In this document: positions 43,722-53,703 of the stretch, in pieces
Position numbering within the stretch: the stretch's first letter is position 1
How the letters are laid out: each line of letters begins with the position of its first letter
Source: an uncultured delta proteobacterium
GTDB taxonomy: Bacteria > Desulfobacterota > Binatia > UBA9968
Assembly (NCBI GenBank): GCA_963760795.1
Contig: CAVXEP010000002.1
Coordinates: 64,001 to 128,000 of the forward strand
Length of the DNA: 64,000 nt
Direction of reading: 5' to 3'
Notes under the pieces: model-generated
Databases searched by the model: none
What the model saw: only the letters and a program-made list of their open reading frames with translations
Told to the model about the DNA's origin: nothing
Made by a program: the position numbers and the translations under genes

Positions 43722-43915
43722 CGCAACCTCCCGCTAGAATCGATCAAGGAGTTAGGAATAAAGAATAGTAAACATTTCTGACATCTGACTGCCGAATGCC
43801 GCTTGCCCCCTTGCTATCTCAGCTACTCGATCTTGTCCAGTATCGCGCCGTTTGTTAAACCGACTGGACAACCACCCGCGACATGGAGTAAATGACAAGC
43901 GAAAGCGGGTTTCTC

Positions 43916-44119
43916 ATGATGATCGTACTGCTGATAATCCAGGGGCTTCTCGCCGTCGCTCTGCTCGGCGCTATCACGCACCAGGCCATCGGCGTCTGGC
44001 TGCCGGTTCGCCCAGGTCCCGAGTTTTTCAAATCCAAAGACGGTCGAAGCCATGAACTGGTACGGTTGGTCGCCAGCGCCGCCCTCGGCGCATGGGTCAT
44101 CGCGGCGGTGACTTCGTGA
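43916..44119 (+). pseudogene. Possible truncated membrane-protein gene
   Basis: Hydrophobic MMIVLLIIQGLLAVALLGAITHQAIGVW followed by an early stop. Confidence 0.3.
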
Positions 44120-44258
44120 CTACCGGGCGCTGTCAGCGCGCGCATCGGGCCGCTGTGGTCGTGGTTGATCCCGTCGCTCGTCATGATAAATTTCGCCTAT
44201 CTACTCAGGAGCTTTTTCTTGCGATAAGAACTTCGGGAGCTGCCAATAGAAAACGGGG

Positions 44259-44675
44259 ATGTTTATGAAATCACCTACCGCCCGCGCCAATCTTGCCGCC
44301 ACTCTTTTCGCCTATTTGCTTTTGGCTCTTTCCAGCGCGGCGTTCGCCGGCGGCGAAGCCGGCGCGGACGATCACGACCATGACGACGGGCCCAATTACT
44401 TTGGCTTCGTCAAGGATACCGCGGGCAAGACCATCCGTGACGCCAAAGTCACCGCCGATATCAAAGGCCGGCCTTCCATCGTCGCCCGTACCAACGCCGC
44501 CGGCGCCTATCGCATCCCCGGCTTCGGCAAAGATATCTCGCCCACCAACGTAACCATCTCCTGCGTCAAAGAAGGTTACAAACAAGCCAAGACGCTGCTC
44601 AAGACGCGCCCGAGCAAAACCCCGCCCACCGCCGTCGAGATCGAATGCACCATGCAGCGGATCGGCGCGAAGTAG
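44259..44675 (+). CDS. Secreted protein with carboxypeptidase-regulatory-like Ig domain
   Basis: Signal peptide, HDHDD patch, GFVKDTAGKTIRDAKV..TNAAGAYRI..KEGY. Confidence 0.65.
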   Translation: MFMKSPTARANLAATLFAYLLLALSSAAFAGGEAGADDHDHDDGPNYFGFVKDTAGKTIRDAKVTADIKGRPSIVARTNAAGAYRIPGFGKDISPTNVTISCVKEGYKQAKTLLKTRPSKTPPTAVEIECTMQRIGAK

Positions 44676-44712
44676 CCGCGATCACGATCAGACGCCGCGC
44701 TGAAACTCCGCC

Positions 44713-45761
44713 ATGCCACGGTTGCCATCCGTCATTCCCACGCTCGCGGGAATCCAGCTTCGCCGTGATTGGCAGTACGGGTTCATTGTCTCGCTCGTCT
44801 TACTTCTACGCTCAGTGTTCAAGCCGAAGCTGCCGCGCAATCCATTCCACTGCGCTACGGCCAGGCGATTTCCGCGGCTAAGAGCATCTTCTCGCTGCCG
44901 ATCTTCGTCGGCGAACGGGAAGGTTTCTTTCGCCGCGCAGGTTTGAACTTCAAAATTATCATTCCGCTCCCCGGCGGTTCGGACAAGATGATCGACGCGC
45001 TGCATGACGACACCGTCGATGTCACCCATGTCGCCGTGCCGTTTTTGATCCGCGCCGCGCTCAATGGCTCCGACGCGGTCGCCATCGCTGCCGAGTTCAC
45101 CAATCCGATCTACAGTCTGGTGGTCAAACCGGAAATCAAAAACTTCGCCGATCTCAAAGGCAAATTGATCGGCCTGGCCGACGAGGCTGGGACGATTTCA
45201 ATCTCGACACGCAGATTGCTGGCGTTGCATGGCGTGAACAACGGCGACTTTCGCGTCAAAATCATCGAAGGCACACCGACGCGCTGGAACTGTCTCAAAC
45301 GCGGCGAGTGTGACGCCGTGCCGCTCGGCCAGCCGCAGGACTTGATCGCCGAGAAAGAAGGATTTCGCGTCCTGGGAATTTCCAACGACGCCGTGCCCGA
45401 CTTTCTCTACACCGTGACGGCCGTGCGCCGCTCCTGGGCGGAGAAAAATCGCGACGCCGTGGTGCGCTACATCCGCGCGCTCGGCGCTACGTTCAAGTTC
45501 ATCCGCGATCCGGCCAACCGTAAATCGGTCGTGAAAACCATCGTCGAAACCACCGACACCCCAGCCGACATCGCCCAGCAAACCCTCGCGCTGTTTTTCG
45601 AACCTGAACGACATGTCCTGCCCGTGCAAGGCGAGATCAACGTCAATGGCCTCGGCCAAGTGATCGCATTCATGGCTGAAGCCGGGTTGTTGAAACAGCC
45701 CTTGCCCACTGCCGACCGTTTCGTCGAACTCAAGTATCTTCAAGCCGCTGGCGTAAAATAA
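44713..45761 (+). CDS. ABC substrate-binding protein (NMT1/SsuA-like); probable frameshift near 44805
   Basis: EGFFRRAGL, ADLKGKLIG; signal peptide reconstructed from ATG 44713. Confidence 0.75.
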
Positions 45762-45915
45762 TTTCTGCTCGCCAGACTTTGCGTGCTTTACGTCTTGACG
45801 CGGATAATTCGTGTCGAACCTTGCAGCGTTGCCAGAATACGCGACTCCAGTTCGACAATTTTCGGTTGCACGACGCGAAGCAGCTGTAGTAGACCTACGG
45901 CCAATCAAGATCGCC

Positions 45916-46968
45916 ATGATCATGCGGGAAATCTCCAAAAAGCAATCGTCGTCGCACTGCGGAGAGCGCGGTATTCGAAGTATCGTCCGATTGTTACCTC
46001 TAAGAAACCGCTGGCCTATCCACCTGATGGTTTGCGCCGCAATGATCGGCGCTACCTGGCCGAAAGTCGTGACGGCGGCGGTAAGCCGCCCGCTGCGCAT
46101 CACCTACTTGAGCAATTCGGTAACCATGGCGCCGCTCTGGATGGCCAAGGAAACCGGCGCCATCGCTAAAGAAGGTCTCGATGTCGAGATCTTGTCGATG
46201 ACCGCCAGCGTGGCGGTACCGGCGCTGCTCGCCAACGAACTCGATGCCGTGCAGATGTCCGCCGCGCCGGTGCTGACGGCAGCGCTGCGCGGCCATGATC
46301 TGGTGTTCATCTGTGGCCTGCTCAATACCATGATTTGGAATTTTTACGGCCGTCCCGGCATCGCCAACGCCGAGGCGCTGCGCGGCAAAATTGTCGGCAC
46401 CGACAGACCGGCAACGCCTGGCGGTTATGCCACTCTGGTTTCCCTGAAGAAGATCGGCCTTGGCGCCAAAGATGTTCAGCTGTTTCCGGTGGGCAGCAGC
46501 GTGTATGTGATCGCCGCGCTCCATGCCGGCCAGGTCATGGCCGGTATCGCCAGCCCGCCGGCGAGTTTCCAATTGGAAAAAATGGGCTATCACCAGCTGA
46601 CCAGCCTATTGGATGTGCCCTATCAAAACGTCGGCATCGTCATCCGCCGCAGTCGCTTCGACGAGTTGAGGGGCCGGCTACTGCCACTGTTGCGCAGCTT
46701 GCGCAGCGGTATCGATCGCTACAATGGCGACAAAAACTTCAGCCTCAAAGTGATCGCCAAATACAACAAGGAAACCGATCCCGATGCGCTGGACCGGTCC
46801 TATGAATTTTACCGCCGCGCCGGCTTTCGCCGCGAGCTGACGATCTCCGAGCCCGGCGTCCAGGGCATGCTCGACTTTTTATCCGAGACGATTCCCGAAG
46901 CGAAGAAAGCCAAACCGGCGCAGTTTTTCGACGACCGTTTGGTCAAGCAGCTGGACGCGGGCAAATGA
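45916..46968 (+). CDS. ABC substrate-binding protein (NMT1/SsuA-like); start uncertain
   Basis: PLWMAKETG..KEGLDVE, LRGKIVG, FFDDRLVKQL. Confidence 0.8.
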   Translation: MIMREISKKQSSSHCGERGIRSIVRLLPLRNRWPIHLMVCAAMIGATWPKVVTAAVSRPLRITYLSNSVTMAPLWMAKETGAIAKEGLDVEILSMTASVAVPALLANELDAVQMSAAPVLTAALRGHDLVFICGLLNTMIWNFYGRPGIANAEALRGKIVGTDRPATPGGYATLVSLKKIGLGAKDVQLFPVGSSVYVIAALHAGQVMAGIASPPASFQLEKMGYHQLTSLLDVPYQNVGIVIRRSRFDELRGRLLPLLRSLRSGIDRYNGDKNFSLKVIAKYNKETDPDALDRSYEFYRRAGFRRELTISEPGVQGMLDFLSETIPEAKKAKPAQFFDDRLVKQLDAGK

Positions 46969-46980
46969 GAAAGAATCCCT

Positions 46981-47044
46981 TCACCACGAAGAGCCCGAAG
47001 GCTTCGGCTATTAAGTATTCCGACCTTCGTGACCTTCGTGGTGA
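46981..47044. repeat. Palindromic repeat family B
   Basis: TCACCACGAAG...CTTCGTGACCTTCGTGGTGA. Confidence 0.7.
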
Positions 47045-47114
47045 GCTCGGAATTTTGTTGCCTGTACCGCGCAACTATCGGCTATGGTAAGGCAAATCAT
47101 CGGAGGGAAAAGCC

Positions 47115-48320
47115 ATGGACAATTTCGACAATGTGCTGGTGATCGACGCCGACGGCCATGTGTCTGAGGGCGAGATCGATTTCGCCAAACGATTGCCCGA
47201 CAAGTGGCGTTCTCAAGCGCCGATCAGAGTCAAAGACAACCTCGGCTACACGCGTAATCTCATCGAAGGGCGGATCTGGTCGCCCTCCCAGGGACCGGCG
47301 CCGGGAGTCACCGGGCCATTCACCGAGAAAGCCCGCAAGTCGCGCCCCGGCATGACGGACCCGCTCGCCCGGTTGAAAGACATGGACTTGGAAGGCATCG
47401 ACGTGGCGATTTTATTCGGCACACCGATCGCGCTCACCGTCAACGGACTGATGAACGGCGAGTTCGCCGCGGCGTTGTGCCGAGTGGTGAACGATTGGTT
47501 GCTGGAGTATTGCTCGGCGAACCCCCAACGGCTGCGCGCCGTCGGCTTGATTCCTTGCCAAGCACCGGAGCTGGCGGTTAAGGAATTGGACTATCTCGCC
47601 AGGGGCGGCGCCATCTCCGCCATGTTGCCGACCAACGTTTATGGTTGGAACCTGGGGGATCCGATGTTCATGCCGATCTATGAAGCAGCGGAAACACTCG
47701 GCATGACTCTGAGCGTCCATCCGCAGACGGGCCATGAAGGCATACCGGGTGTCTCCGGCGTGATGGCCGCCGGCAGCCCGCGCTTTTTCAAGTACCCTTA
47801 CGTGCACATGACCGCGTTCGTTTTCGAGCTGATGATCGCCATGATGCATATGATCGGTGAAGGGGTTTTCGATCGCTTCCCTAAACTCAGAGTCGGCTTC
47901 ATGGAAGGCGGCGCCGGCTGGCTGCCGTTCTGGATGGAGCGTTTCGACGAACATCTGGAAAAGCTCGCGCCGCAGATGCCCGACTTGAAGCGCCGGCCGA
48001 GCGAGATCATCAAGTGCGAGCAGTTAATCGTTACCTGTGAATCGGAAGAGAGCGGCCTCGACCGCGTGCTCCAAGCGCGCGGCGCCGGCACGGTGTGCTA
48101 CGCTTCCGATTATTGCCATTGGGATTGCAACTTCCCCGACTCGGTGAAGGATATCGTTGAAGCGCGCGATTTGAGCTTTGAACAGAAAGAAAGCATTCTC
48201 GGCGGCAACGCCAGCGTTTTTTTTCAAATGAAAAACCTCCCCCAACCGAGCGCCATAAAGATCGCCCGGCGGACTTGGGAGACGGCAACCGACAAAAGCG
48301 CGGCCTACGGCGGACGTTAG
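47115..48320 (+). CDS. Amidohydrolase family protein
   Basis: IDADGHV, DMDLEGID, FDRFPKLRVGFMEGG, ASDYCHWD. Confidence 0.9.
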   Translation: MDNFDNVLVIDADGHVSEGEIDFAKRLPDKWRSQAPIRVKDNLGYTRNLIEGRIWSPSQGPAPGVTGPFTEKARKSRPGMTDPLARLKDMDLEGIDVAILFGTPIALTVNGLMNGEFAAALCRVVNDWLLEYCSANPQRLRAVGLIPCQAPELAVKELDYLARGGAISAMLPTNVYGWNLGDPMFMPIYEAAETLGMTLSVHPQTGHEGIPGVSGVMAAGSPRFFKYPYVHMTAFVFELMIAMMHMIGEGVFDRFPKLRVGFMEGGAGWLPFWMERFDEHLEKLAPQMPDLKRRPSEIIKCEQLIVTCESEESGLDRVLQARGAGTVCYASDYCHWDCNFPDSVKDIVEARDLSFEQKESILGGNASVFFQMKNLPQPSAIKIARRTWETATDKSAAYGGR

Positions 48321-48415
48321 GGCCTGTGCCCTAGCGCGGCAAGCCGCCGAACTTCGCGTCTTTGCGACTTTGCGGGAGAAATATCCGAATCCGAAATTCC
48401 CAAAGGAGTGAAACC

Positions 48416-49459
48416 ATGAGCAAGATAACCGCCATCGATGCCGACGGCCATGTCATCGAGAGAGAAAGCGAAATCCGCAAACACTTAAAAGCGCCGTGGA
48501 ATCTGCGCACGACGGCGCTGCGGCCGGGCGACCAGCCCTGGGATAATTATATGTTCGGCCGCTTCGTCACCGAGCTGACCTGGAGCAAGCTGTCGGCGCG
48601 CGAGCAGGTCGGTAAGTGGCACGACATTCTCGACGAGCATGGCATCGAGACCGCGGTCTGTTTTCCCACCGGCTCGGGCAGCGTCGTCCGTCTTCAGGAG
48701 CTCCAGTTCCAGATCGCCGTGGCGCGCGCCTGCAACGATCACTTCGCCGCCGACTACAATGCGCTGTCCAAGCGCGTCAAATGCGTCGGCGTGTTACCGC
48801 TGCGCTCGCCCCAGGCGGCGGCGGAAGAATTAGAACGCGCGGTAAAAGTATTGGGCATCACCGCCTTCGAGATTCTCCCGGTCGGTTTACCGCTCGCACT
48901 CGGTGATTCCTTCTACGACCCGGTTTACGCGGCGGCGGAACGCTGCGGCGCGGTGCTCGGCATTCACGGCACCCGCAGTTGGTCGCGCGAGCTCGGCGCC
49001 GAGGGGTTGAACACGTTCGCCGAAGTGCATGCCTACGCGTTTACCGCCGGCATCCTGCTCCAGTTCACCAGCATGATCTGCCAAGGCGTGCCGGTGCGTT
49101 TTCCCAAGCTGCGCTTCGCCTTCCTGGAGATCGGCGCCACCTGGCTGCCCTACTATTTGGACCGTCTCGACGAGCACTGGGAGAAACGCGCCGAAGTCGA
49201 GATGCCGCTGCTGAAAGAAAAACCCAGCGACTTGGTGCGCAAGTCGGAAGTCTATTTCAGCATCGAGCCCGGCGAGTCGCAATTGCCCCAGACCATCGAC
49301 TACGTCGGCGCAGATCATTTTGTCTGGGCGTCGGATATTCCCCACTGGGACTGCGAGTTCCCCGGCAACTTAGAACATCTGCGCAACCACGCGGTGCTGT
49401 CCGAAGACGTGAAGGAGAAGATCCTGTACAAAAACGCCAAGCGGCTGTTCAATCTGTGA
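48416..49459 (+). CDS. Amidohydrolase family protein
   Basis: RBS AAGGAG; IDADGHV, RFPKLRFAFLE, ASDIPHWD. Confidence 0.9.
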   Translation: MSKITAIDADGHVIERESEIRKHLKAPWNLRTTALRPGDQPWDNYMFGRFVTELTWSKLSAREQVGKWHDILDEHGIETAVCFPTGSGSVVRLQELQFQIAVARACNDHFAADYNALSKRVKCVGVLPLRSPQAAAEELERAVKVLGITAFEILPVGLPLALGDSFYDPVYAAAERCGAVLGIHGTRSWSRELGAEGLNTFAEVHAYAFTAGILLQFTSMICQGVPVRFPKLRFAFLEIGATWLPYYLDRLDEHWEKRAEVEMPLLKEKPSDLVRKSEVYFSIEPGESQLPQTIDYVGADHFVWASDIPHWDCEFPGNLEHLRNHAVLSEDVKEKILYKNAKRLFNL

Positions 49460-49631
49460 CTTTTTAACCGCCCACGCCAATGTCAACAGTTTTTCGCTGT
49501 GGTAGACGACATCAGCGTATTTAAAATTTCTTGGATCACCGGGCGGCGATCGAAAGGGCGTGAAATAATTGTCGGCCCCCGATTTCTTGTGACATCTATC
49601 CTTTTGGGCTCCACTGCCAGGGGAGGCTGTA

Positions 49632-51794
49632 ATGTCCGAAAGATTATTTGAACGCTTGCGCAAATCGTTAACCACCGCGTTTGCAGTCGCAGCGGGGATT
49701 CTGGTTTGTGCTGCGCCGCTGACTGCGCGCATTACCAAAATCGTCATTGACGAAAAAATCTCGCCGGCTTTTTGCAAAGGCGCGGCGTGCGCCGCTTACG
49801 GCGACGCAGGTCAATACGAGCAAATCGCCGGCCGCGCATTCGGCGAGCTCGATCCCGGCGATCCGCTCAACAAAATTATTCAGGATATCGCGCTCGGCAA
49901 AGACCCGGACGGCAAGGTCCGCTACGTCGCAAGTTTTGTCATCACCAAGCCCGTTGACATGTCCAAAGCGAGCGGCCTGATGTGGCACGACGTGCCCAAT
50001 CGCGGCCGCCCGCTCACCATCACGCCGATGGAGCGCGGCTTCGGCGATGTCGGGCTCGCGAGCGCGTGGCAGGGCGACAACGCCAGCATGCGCGAAGGAC
50101 TCGGCACCGCCGTGCGCCCCACGATGAGCACGGAAGGCAATCACTGGTTGCAGGTTCCGGTCGCAAAAAATCCGGACGGCTCCCCCATTACTGGTCCGGT
50201 CATGGGCCGCATCGTCAACCGTTCCGGCCCCGGCGCGCAGCCGTTGATCATACAAACCAACCCCCTGCCCTATATGCCGGCGAGCCTCGATACGTCGAAA
50301 GCGACGCTCGTCACACGCGATCACGAATCGATGGAAGGCGTCGTCACCGGTGAAACATCGATCGCGGGCGCGGACTGGAAATTCTGCGGCGGCGGCACGT
50401 TCGATGCGCCGCTGCCGCTGACGAAACTGCCGGTGCAGATTTGTCTCAAGGGCGGCTTCAATCCGGCAAAGCTCTATCAAGTGGTGTACACCGCGAAAGA
50501 TCCGTACGTTCTCGGCATCGGTTTCGCTGCGTGGCGCGATGTCGCTTCGTTCTTCAAATTCGCGGAAAAGGACGATGCCGGCACCGTGAATCCGCTCGCA
50601 GGTCGCATCACGAAGAGCATCACGCGCGGCCGCTCGCAGTCCGGCAATTACCTGAGGGGCTGGCTGCATCTCGGTTTCAATCAGGACGAAGCGAAGCGTC
50701 AGGTGCACGACGGCATGTGGCCCATCATCGCGGGCCGCCGGATCGCGCTCAACTTCCGCTGGGCGCAGCCGGATGGCGCGCTCGCGCTCTATATGGCCGG
50801 CAGCGAAGGGCCGCAATGGTGGGTGCCCTACCCCGACGAGACGCGCGGCCTGCCGACGCGCAGCATCCTTGACCGCTGCAACGCGACCAAGACCTGCCCG
50901 AAAATTATCGAGCATTTCGGCGCTGCAGAAATCTGGGGCCTGAAGCTCAGCCCCGAATGGGTGGGCACGAATCCGAAGGAAGACATACCGCTGCCCGACA
51001 ACGTGCGCCGCTATTACATCGGCAGCACCATGCACGGTGGCGGCGTGGGCGGGTTCGACACCAGCCTGCCCGCCGTCGCGCTCGCGGCGAAGCCCGTCGA
51101 ATGCGAAGGCAACAACGCCGGCGTCGGCGCGCTGCCCACCAATCCGATGCCGCACACCGAGACGGTCAATGCGCTGACGGTGCATTTTCGCGACTGGGTC
51201 ATACGCAACATGCCGCCGCCCGCGAGCCGCTATCCGACACTACGCGAGCGCCAACTCGTGGACGGCAATAAAACCGCGATGGGTTTCCCGACGCTTCCGG
51301 GGTTGCGCGCGAGCATGCCCGAGCCGGGCTTCATCAATCCGGTGCTGGACTACGACTGGGGCCCCAGCTTCGATCCGAACGACGGATCGGGCGTGCCGAG
51401 CAATGCTGTGCCGCCCATTAAGCAGGTCATCAAATCGTTGGTGCCGAAAGTCGACGCCGACGGCAATGAAATCGGCGGCGTGCCGGTCGTGCTGCGCGAG
51501 GCGCCGCTCGGCACCTATCTCGGATGGAACATCATCGCCGACGGCACACGGCCGTTCCACAAGGGCAAGCTTTGCGGGAACGCCGGCAGCATTATCCCTT
51601 TCGCAAAAACCAAAGCCGAGCGCTTGGCCAACAGCGACCCGCGCTTGTCGCTCGAAGAGCGTTATATCGACCACGCGGGTTACGTCACCGCAGTCAGAAA
51701 AGCCGCGGCCAACGCGGTTGCGCAGAAGTTCCTGCTGCAGAAGGATGCCGATGCGCTGATCGCCGCGGCGGATGGGAGTAATGTTTTGAAGTAG
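49632..51794 (+). CDS. Secreted alpha/beta-hydrolase-domain protein
   Basis: Signal peptide; GELDP.DPLN.IIQD, DVPNRG, GRSQSG nucleophile elbow, PKVDADGNE, DPRLSLEERY. Confidence 0.75.
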   Translation: MSERLFERLRKSLTTAFAVAAGILVCAAPLTARITKIVIDEKISPAFCKGAACAAYGDAGQYEQIAGRAFGELDPGDPLNKIIQDIALGKDPDGKVRYVASFVITKPVDMSKASGLMWHDVPNRGRPLTITPMERGFGDVGLASAWQGDNASMREGLGTAVRPTMSTEGNHWLQVPVAKNPDGSPITGPVMGRIVNRSGPGAQPLIIQTNPLPYMPASLDTSKATLVTRDHESMEGVVTGETSIAGADWKFCGGGTFDAPLPLTKLPVQICLKGGFNPAKLYQVVYTAKDPYVLGIGFAAWRDVASFFKFAEKDDAGTVNPLAGRITKSITRGRSQSGNYLRGWLHLGFNQDEAKRQVHDGMWPIIAGRRIALNFRWAQPDGALALYMAGSEGPQWWVPYPDETRGLPTRSILDRCNATKTCPKIIEHFGAAEIWGLKLSPEWVGTNPKEDIPLPDNVRRYYIGSTMHGGGVGGFDTSLPAVALAAKPVECEGNNAGVGALPTNPMPHTETVNALTVHFRDWVIRNMPPPASRYPTLRERQLVDGNKTAMGFPTLPGLRASMPEPGFINPVLDYDWGPSFDPNDGSGVPSNAVPPIKQVIKSLVPKVDADGNEIGGVPVVLREAPLGTYLGWNIIADGTRPFHKGKLCGNAGSIIPFAKTKAERLANSDPRLSLEERYIDHAGYVTAVRKAAANAVAQKFLLQKDADALIAAADGSNVLK

Positions 51795-52045
51795 GCATCA
51801 GCTGGAAAGCCGCATGGGGGTTTCAGGCTTCGGGTCAGAGTACATTTTTATCGCCGGCGACCAACAAGGCTCGAAAGGATATCCCTGACGAAGATTTATT
51901 TGACCAGCCGGTGACCCAGTCGGCCGACAGTTTGTTGACGTCGGAACGGAGGAAAGCGAGCAGCGCCAAGAAAATAAATTTCATAGGTGAAGGGTGAAAT
52001 CGATTTAAATTCCCATCACTCGTCACCGCAAGGGAGGTAAATCCA

Positions 52046-53035
52046 ATGCGCCATTTATGTCGGATGATATTCCCTCTCGTGGCATTGATCGTCGCGATGC
52101 CAGGCGCGGGCGCCCACGCGCAGGACAATCCGTACCGTATCGAAGAGGGTTGGGCGAAATTCCCCGATGGCAGAAAGTGGGGATCCACGTCCGCGGTCGA
52201 CGTCGATCGGGACGGCAACATCTGGGTTTTTGAGAGATGCGGCGAGCGCACCTGTGCCGGTTCGAACCTTGCGCCGATATTCATGTTTGATCGGTCCGGC
52301 AAGCCGGTGAAATCGTTTGGCGCAGGATTGTTCGTGTTCCCTCACGGCATGCATGTCGACAAAGACGGCAACGTGTGGGTGACTGACGCAGAGGGAAAAG
52401 ACGGCAAGGGCCACCAGGTTGTCAAATTCAGCCCGGATGGAAAGGTCTTGCTGGCCCTCGGAAAAGCGGGTGTTACAGGAGACGGCCCGGACACCTTCAA
52501 TCGGCCCTCGGCTGTCGTCACCGCTCCGAATGGCGACATTTTCGTCGCCGACGGACATGGCGGTGATTCCAATGCGCGCATCGTTAAGTTCTCGAAGGAC
52601 GGAAAGTTCATCAAGGCGTGGGGAAGAAAAGGGTCGGCCCCGGGCGAGTTCGCCGATCTCCACGCCATTGCTCTCGATTCCACAGGGAGGGTGTTTGTCG
52701 GCGACCGCGGCAACGGCCGCATCCAGATTTTCGACCAGGACGGCAAATTTCTCGGGGAGTGGAAGCAATTCGGCCGGCCGAGCGGGATCTTTATAGACCG
52801 GAACGACATAATTTATGTGGCCGATTCCCAGTCGGATGCGAAGCGAAACCCCGGGTTCAAGCGGGGCATTAGGATCGGCAGCGCCAAAGACGGTTCAGTG
52901 CACGCGCTGATTCCAGGCGTCGGAACGGAGCCGGACAAAGAGTCCGTGCCGGAAGGCGTGGCGGCGGATACCATGGGCAACGTATACGGCGCGGAAACCA
53001 GCGCCAACGATTTGAGGAAGTACGTCAAGAAGTAG
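52046..53035 (+). CDS. NHL-repeat beta-propeller (peptidyl-alpha-hydroxyglycine amidating lyase-like), secreted
   Basis: Repeated PHG/PS..D..GNVWVTD, FVADG, VGDRGNGRIQIFD motifs. Confidence 0.85.
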   Translation: MRHLCRMIFPLVALIVAMPGAGAHAQDNPYRIEEGWAKFPDGRKWGSTSAVDVDRDGNIWVFERCGERTCAGSNLAPIFMFDRSGKPVKSFGAGLFVFPHGMHVDKDGNVWVTDAEGKDGKGHQVVKFSPDGKVLLALGKAGVTGDGPDTFNRPSAVVTAPNGDIFVADGHGGDSNARIVKFSKDGKFIKAWGRKGSAPGEFADLHAIALDSTGRVFVGDRGNGRIQIFDQDGKFLGEWKQFGRPSGIFIDRNDIIYVADSQSDAKRNPGFKRGIRIGSAKDGSVHALIPGVGTEPDKESVPEGVAADTMGNVYGAETSANDLRKYVKK

Positions 53036-53129
53036 GCGGGGAACTCCTTACTATTTGCTCCTGACCTTCGTAGTGAAATCTTTCATTCTCAAGTTTTTGC
53101 GGCTTCGCCGCGATGGGATCTTCCGGCTA

Positions 53130-53305
53130 TTTCTATTGTGCCAGCATTTTTTCTGGGCTCGATGACCTCCGGCGGAGAATCGAAGATTTCTTTGACCAGC
53201 GCTTCAAGCTCTTCGCCGGAGGTCACCTTGACCTCCATCCGGCCTTTTTTCGCTTCGGCCAACGCCTCAGGGTCGCTCATGGTCTTGAGAAAGGCGTCCC
53301 GTAAG
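53130..53305 (-). pseudogene. 3' fragment of a Bug/TctC tripartite tricarboxylate transporter SBP
   Basis: LRDAFLKTMSDPEALAEAKKGRMEVKVTSGEELEALVKEIFDSPPEVIE; 5' part absent. Confidence 0.6.
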
Positions 53306-53309
53306 ATTC

Positions 53310-53468
53310 ATGCCACGACCGACTTGTCCAGCGTAACCTCCTTTGACGGCAGCGACTGGCGGGATTCCCTCTATCAGTTTACGCGATCTCTTGGCTTTGA
53401 GCCGCCCGGCCTGTTCCGTTGCGAGCATCCACCCATTCGGAAGGAAGGCGAGGTCCCACGGGTTGTTC
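53310..53468 (-). pseudogene. Internal fragment of a PQQ-dependent sugar dehydrogenase (GSDH-like)
   Basis: Manual translation NNPWDLAFLPNGWMLATEQAGRLK..IEGIPPVAAVKGG; no start or full ORF. Confidence 0.5.
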
Positions 53469-53512
53469 GTGCTCGTAGTTTAGACACACCGATTTTTCCG
53501 ATTATTTAAATA

Positions 53513-53525
53513 AATCAAAAGCTTG
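53513..53525 (+). promoter_or_regulatory. IHF consensus site with upstream AT tract
   Basis: AATCAAAAGCTTG matches WATCAANNNNTTR exactly; preceded by ATTATTTAAATA. Confidence 0.5.
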
Positions 53526-53545
53526 CGTACCCAGATTTCTACTTT

Positions 53546-53687
53546 ACAGCTCTTGAGGTTTGGGTAGACAGCTGTTTTTGCAGGCCTGGGTAAGCTGTAT
53601 TAAATTCATAAATCAGCTCTACATCTATTGCGACCCAGCTGAATCGCTGATAGAAAGACAGCTCTAACGCAGGATGTTTAGAGCTGA
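53546..53687. repeat. Helically phased array of seven WSAGCTSW boxes (22-23 bp period)
   Basis: AGCT at 53548, 53570, 53593, 53615, 53637, 53660, 53682; spacings 22,23,22,22,23,22. Confidence 0.85.
53628..53656 (+). promoter_or_regulatory. Putative dndB-like promoter TTGCGA-N17-TAGAAA with extended -10 TG
   Basis: 17-nt spacer contains box 5; box 6 overlaps the predicted transcription start. Confidence 0.4.
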
Positions 53688-53703
53688 CGAGTAAAGAAGG
53701 ATC

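Noticed and set aside
49480-52045. Riboswitch or ncRNA in the intergenic gaps at 49480-49630 and 51800-52045
   Set aside because: No recognisable conserved aptamer motif by eye; an Rfam scan would be needed
53546-53687. CRISPR array or tandem repeat interpretation of the AGCT array
   Set aside because: The conserved core is only 6-8 bp with a 22-23 bp period, far below CRISPR repeat-plus-spacer size. There are no cas genes, and the spacers are unrelated to each other.
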